Virus record (IMG/VR): IMGVR_UViG_3300021387_000895
Location: 1-27,301 of that record
Direction: 5' to 3' (one strand)
Origin: a virus
Lineage: Duplodnaviria > Heunggongvirae > Uroviricota > Caudoviricetes
Length of the DNA stretch: 27,301 bases
Shown here: positions 25,473-27,301 of the stretch, piece by piece
Position numbering within the stretch: the first letter of the stretch is position 1
How the letters are laid out: every line of letters begins with the position of its first letter
The notes under the pieces: generated by a model
Told to the model about the DNA's origin: nothing
Database searches by the model: none
Seen by the model: the letters and a program-made list of their open reading frames with translations, nothing else
Translations under genes and position numbers: made by a program

Positions 25473-26007
25473 CGGTTATAATGGAATGCCAAACAATGGC
25501 ATGAATGCTGGATGGGGTAATGGCATGAATAACGGCTATAATGGTTATTCAGTTGCTCCGTCAAATTCTTACGGGAATTCTGGTGGCTGGAATAATCCAC
25601 AGCCTTCTCAACAGCCAGCAATCGAGTATCAGGAGTTTGTCCATGGTCGAGCTGGAGCAGAGGCATATCAGTTAAAGCCTGGCGTTAACAGACAGGTTCT
25701 TTGGGATGACGAGACAGATCGTTTTTACATCAAAGGTTATGATAATAACGGTCGTCCTCGCGTTCTTGCTGATAACGACTTCATCCCTCATGTCGAACCA
25801 GAGCCTCAGGTTCCGCAAATCGATTTGTCAAATTATGCTACAAAGGATGATCTTAAGCAGATGTTGTCTGAAGCTTTTAAGAACATTCAGCTTCCAAAAC
25901 CTAACATGACTGGATATGTTACTCAGCATGATTTAGACGTCGCTCTTTCTGGACTTTCTGTTGGAAACGGTGGAAGGATCGTGAGATTTGATGAATCAAA
26001 TGCGTAA
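25459..26007 (+). CDS. Hypothetical protein with N/G/Y-rich low-complexity N-terminus
   Basis: MAGYNGYNGMPNNGMNAGWGNGMNNGYNGY...; core V.G..GAEAY...PG...LWD.E.DRFYIK..D..G.P; C-terminal DLSNYATKDDL and NMTGYVTQHDL repeats; GGAGGAG RBS. Confidence 0.75.
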   Translation: MAGYNGYNGMPNNGMNAGWGNGMNNGYNGYSVAPSNSYGNSGGWNNPQPSQQPAIEYQEFVHGRAGAEAYQLKPGVNRQVLWDDETDRFYIKGYDNNGRPRVLADNDFIPHVEPEPQVPQIDLSNYATKDDLKQMLSEAFKNIQLPKPNMTGYVTQHDLDVALSGLSVGNGGRIVRFDESNA

Positions 26008-26281
26008 TTTCTTTGGTAGAAGTAATCCAAGTAATCAAGGGTTTAATCTTCCTGGTCCTTTTGGAAATATGGTTAGCATTGTTAATAAGTTTAAGCAGTT
26101 TATGCAAAATCCTATTGGCATGTTGATGAATTCAGGTATTAGCATTCCGGATAATATTCAAGGCAATCCAGAAGCAATTACTAATTATTTAAGATCATCC
26201 GGCCAAATGAGTGATGATCAGTACAACCAGGTTTCTCAAATGGCAAATATGGTTCAAGGTTTATTTGGTAAGAAGTTCTAA
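25988..26281 (+). CDS. Small M/Q/N-rich hypothetical protein
   Basis: 97 aa; overlaps the upstream gene; ends GQMSDDQYNQVSQMANMVQ. Confidence 0.75.
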   Translation: MMNQMRNFFGRSNPSNQGFNLPGPFGNMVSIVNKFKQFMQNPIGMLMNSGISIPDNIQGNPEAITNYLRSSGQMSDDQYNQVSQMANMVQGLFGKKF

Positions 26282-26342
26282 TCATGCGCAAGGTTAGGAC
26301 TTTTTATTTTGTCATTTAGTTTATTCCGACGAGCTCTAAGGA

Positions 26343-26358
26343 AAATCAAAATGGCAGT
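26343..26358 (+). repeat. AATCAAAATGG motif copy 4 (16-bp AAATCAAAATGGCAGT)
   Basis: Intergenic, ~50 bp upstream of ATG 26410. Confidence 0.7.
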
Positions 26359-26409
26359 GTTTCTTTGTTACTCAACAACTAAAAAATAATGTAAAGGGGT
26401 CAATTAGTT

Positions 26410-27297
26410 ATGTTAGTTGAATCTCAGAATCAGCAGCCTTCTGTGAACGTGTATCCTAATGGTAGTGGAAACTACGGTGGTGGTTTTGGTGACATGTTCG
26501 GTGGCATGGGCGGTGGCGCTATTTTCTTCTGGCTTATCCTGTTCTTCTTTATGATGATGTTCATGGGTAATTGGGGGAATAACGGTAATAATGGTGGCAA
26601 TGTTCAGTATGTACCTTATGGCGCTCCCTATATGATGGGCGGCTTTGGTGATAATTCAGCTGCTCAGGCGGTTCGCAATGGTTTTGATCAGTCTGCTATT
26701 ATTGGTGGTATTAATGGTCTTCAGAACCAGATTCAGACTGGCTTTAGCAATGCTGAGGTGTCTCGTTGCAACCAGCAGGCGAATCTGCTTGCTACGATGA
26801 ATGGCAATCAGAACGCTACTACAGCTGCTCTCAACGGCCTTAGTATGGGTCTCCAGAATTGTTGCTGTGAGAATAGGGCTGCGACTGCTGATCTTAAGTA
26901 TACTGTTGCTACTGAAGCTTGTGCTGATCGTGCTGCTGTTGGCGATGCGTTCCAGGGTCTTACCGCTCAGAATAACGCAAACATGAATGCTCTTATGAAT
27001 CAGTTTAACGCTGGCATCCAGTCTATTAAGGATCAGATGTGCAACGATAAGATTGATCAGAAGAATGAGCGTATTGCCGATCTGGAGCGTCAGCTTACCA
27101 TGGCGAATCTGGCTGCTTCTCAGAATGCTCAGACTGCTGCTATTCTTACTGATAATCTTGCTCAGACTCAGACTCTTGAGCAGTATCTGGCTCCTACTGC
27201 CCGTCCTGCTTACCTTGTGCAGAATCCGAATTGCTGTGCTCCGAATTGCTGTGCTCCGAATTACAATGCTTGCAATAGCTGCGGTTGTCGTCAGTAA
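26410..27297 (+). CDS. Gly-rich/TM/coiled-coil/Cys-rich hypothetical protein
   Basis: GGF/GGM repeats, hydrophobic AIFFWLILFFFMMMFM, Q/N/A-rich coiled coil with CCCENR, C-terminal CCAPNCCAPNYNACNSCGC; complete ORF with TAA at 27295-27297. Confidence 0.85.
   Translation: MLVESQNQQPSVNVYPNGSGNYGGGFGDMFGGMGGGAIFFWLILFFFMMMFMGNWGNNGNNGGNVQYVPYGAPYMMGGFGDNSAAQAVRNGFDQSAIIGGINGLQNQIQTGFSNAEVSRCNQQANLLATMNGNQNATTAALNGLSMGLQNCCCENRAATADLKYTVATEACADRAAVGDAFQGLTAQNNANMNALMNQFNAGIQSIKDQMCNDKIDQKNERIADLERQLTMANLAASQNAQTAAILTDNLAQTQTLEQYLAPTARPAYLVQNPNCCAPNCCAPNYNACNSCGCRQ
27226..27262 (+). repeat. 15-bp tandem repeat (PNCCA x2 plus partial)
   Basis: ccgaattgctgtgct ccgaattgctgtgct ccgaatt. Confidence 0.9.
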
Positions 27298-27301
27298 TTT
27301 A

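Larger units (their letters stand above)
1..27301 (+). mobile_element. Siphovirus-type phage/prophage head-tail morphogenesis module
   Basis: Co-oriented terminase, portal, protease-capsid, head-tail joining, tail tube, tape measure and baseplate genes. No host housekeeping genes and no att site or integrase in the window. Confidence 0.97.

Noticed and set aside
25630-25650. EFVHG in ORF 25459 as another His cleavage motif
   Set aside because: Single occurrence within what appears to be the folded core; could easily be chance.
25919-26107. Short overlapping alternative-frame ORFs from the track (e.g. 439-624, 4762-4953, 9554-9826, 13702-14073, 25919-26107)
   Set aside because: Nested in better-supported genes, with no RBS or motif support.
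1-27301. Stop-codon reassignment
   Set aside because: Core genes are intact under the standard code, and TAA, TAG and TGA all end genes at sensible boundaries.

Overview
The window is the virion-morphogenesis region of a tailed dsDNA phage or prophage with siphovirus architecture. All credible genes are on the + strand, with strong GGAGG/GAGGTGA ribosome-binding sites suggesting a Bacillota host. Gene order: putative small terminase, HNH nuclease, head-tail adaptor, large terminase, portal, prohead protease-major capsid fusion, head closure, tail terminator, two major-tail paralogs, two chaperone-like genes, HK97-gp10-like gene, a 2248-aa tape measure with two internal peptidoglycan-binding domains, Dit, hub, a second Dit paralog, then a four-gene cassette of low-complexity and Cys-rich proteins. 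The most striking feature is seven paralogous genes (eight motif copies) interleaved with the packaging genes. They share a ~45-aa N-terminal leader (MTYYVAG[IL]PYS..[ED][LI]YH.GI.GQKWG[LV]RRFQN.DG..T.EGK.RY) fused to divergent basic cargo regions, most with a hydrophobic segment. A hydrophobic-x-His motif like the one in the leader recurs six times in the protease-capsid linker and at the junction of a two-unit fusion gene. I infer, without proof, a system of prohead-protease-processed, capsid-packaged cargo proteins. A self-contained moron (promoter, signal-peptide protein, terminator) lies inside the late operon. No integrase, lysis, tRNA or CRISPR features were recognised. All calls come from reading the sequence; no searches were run.
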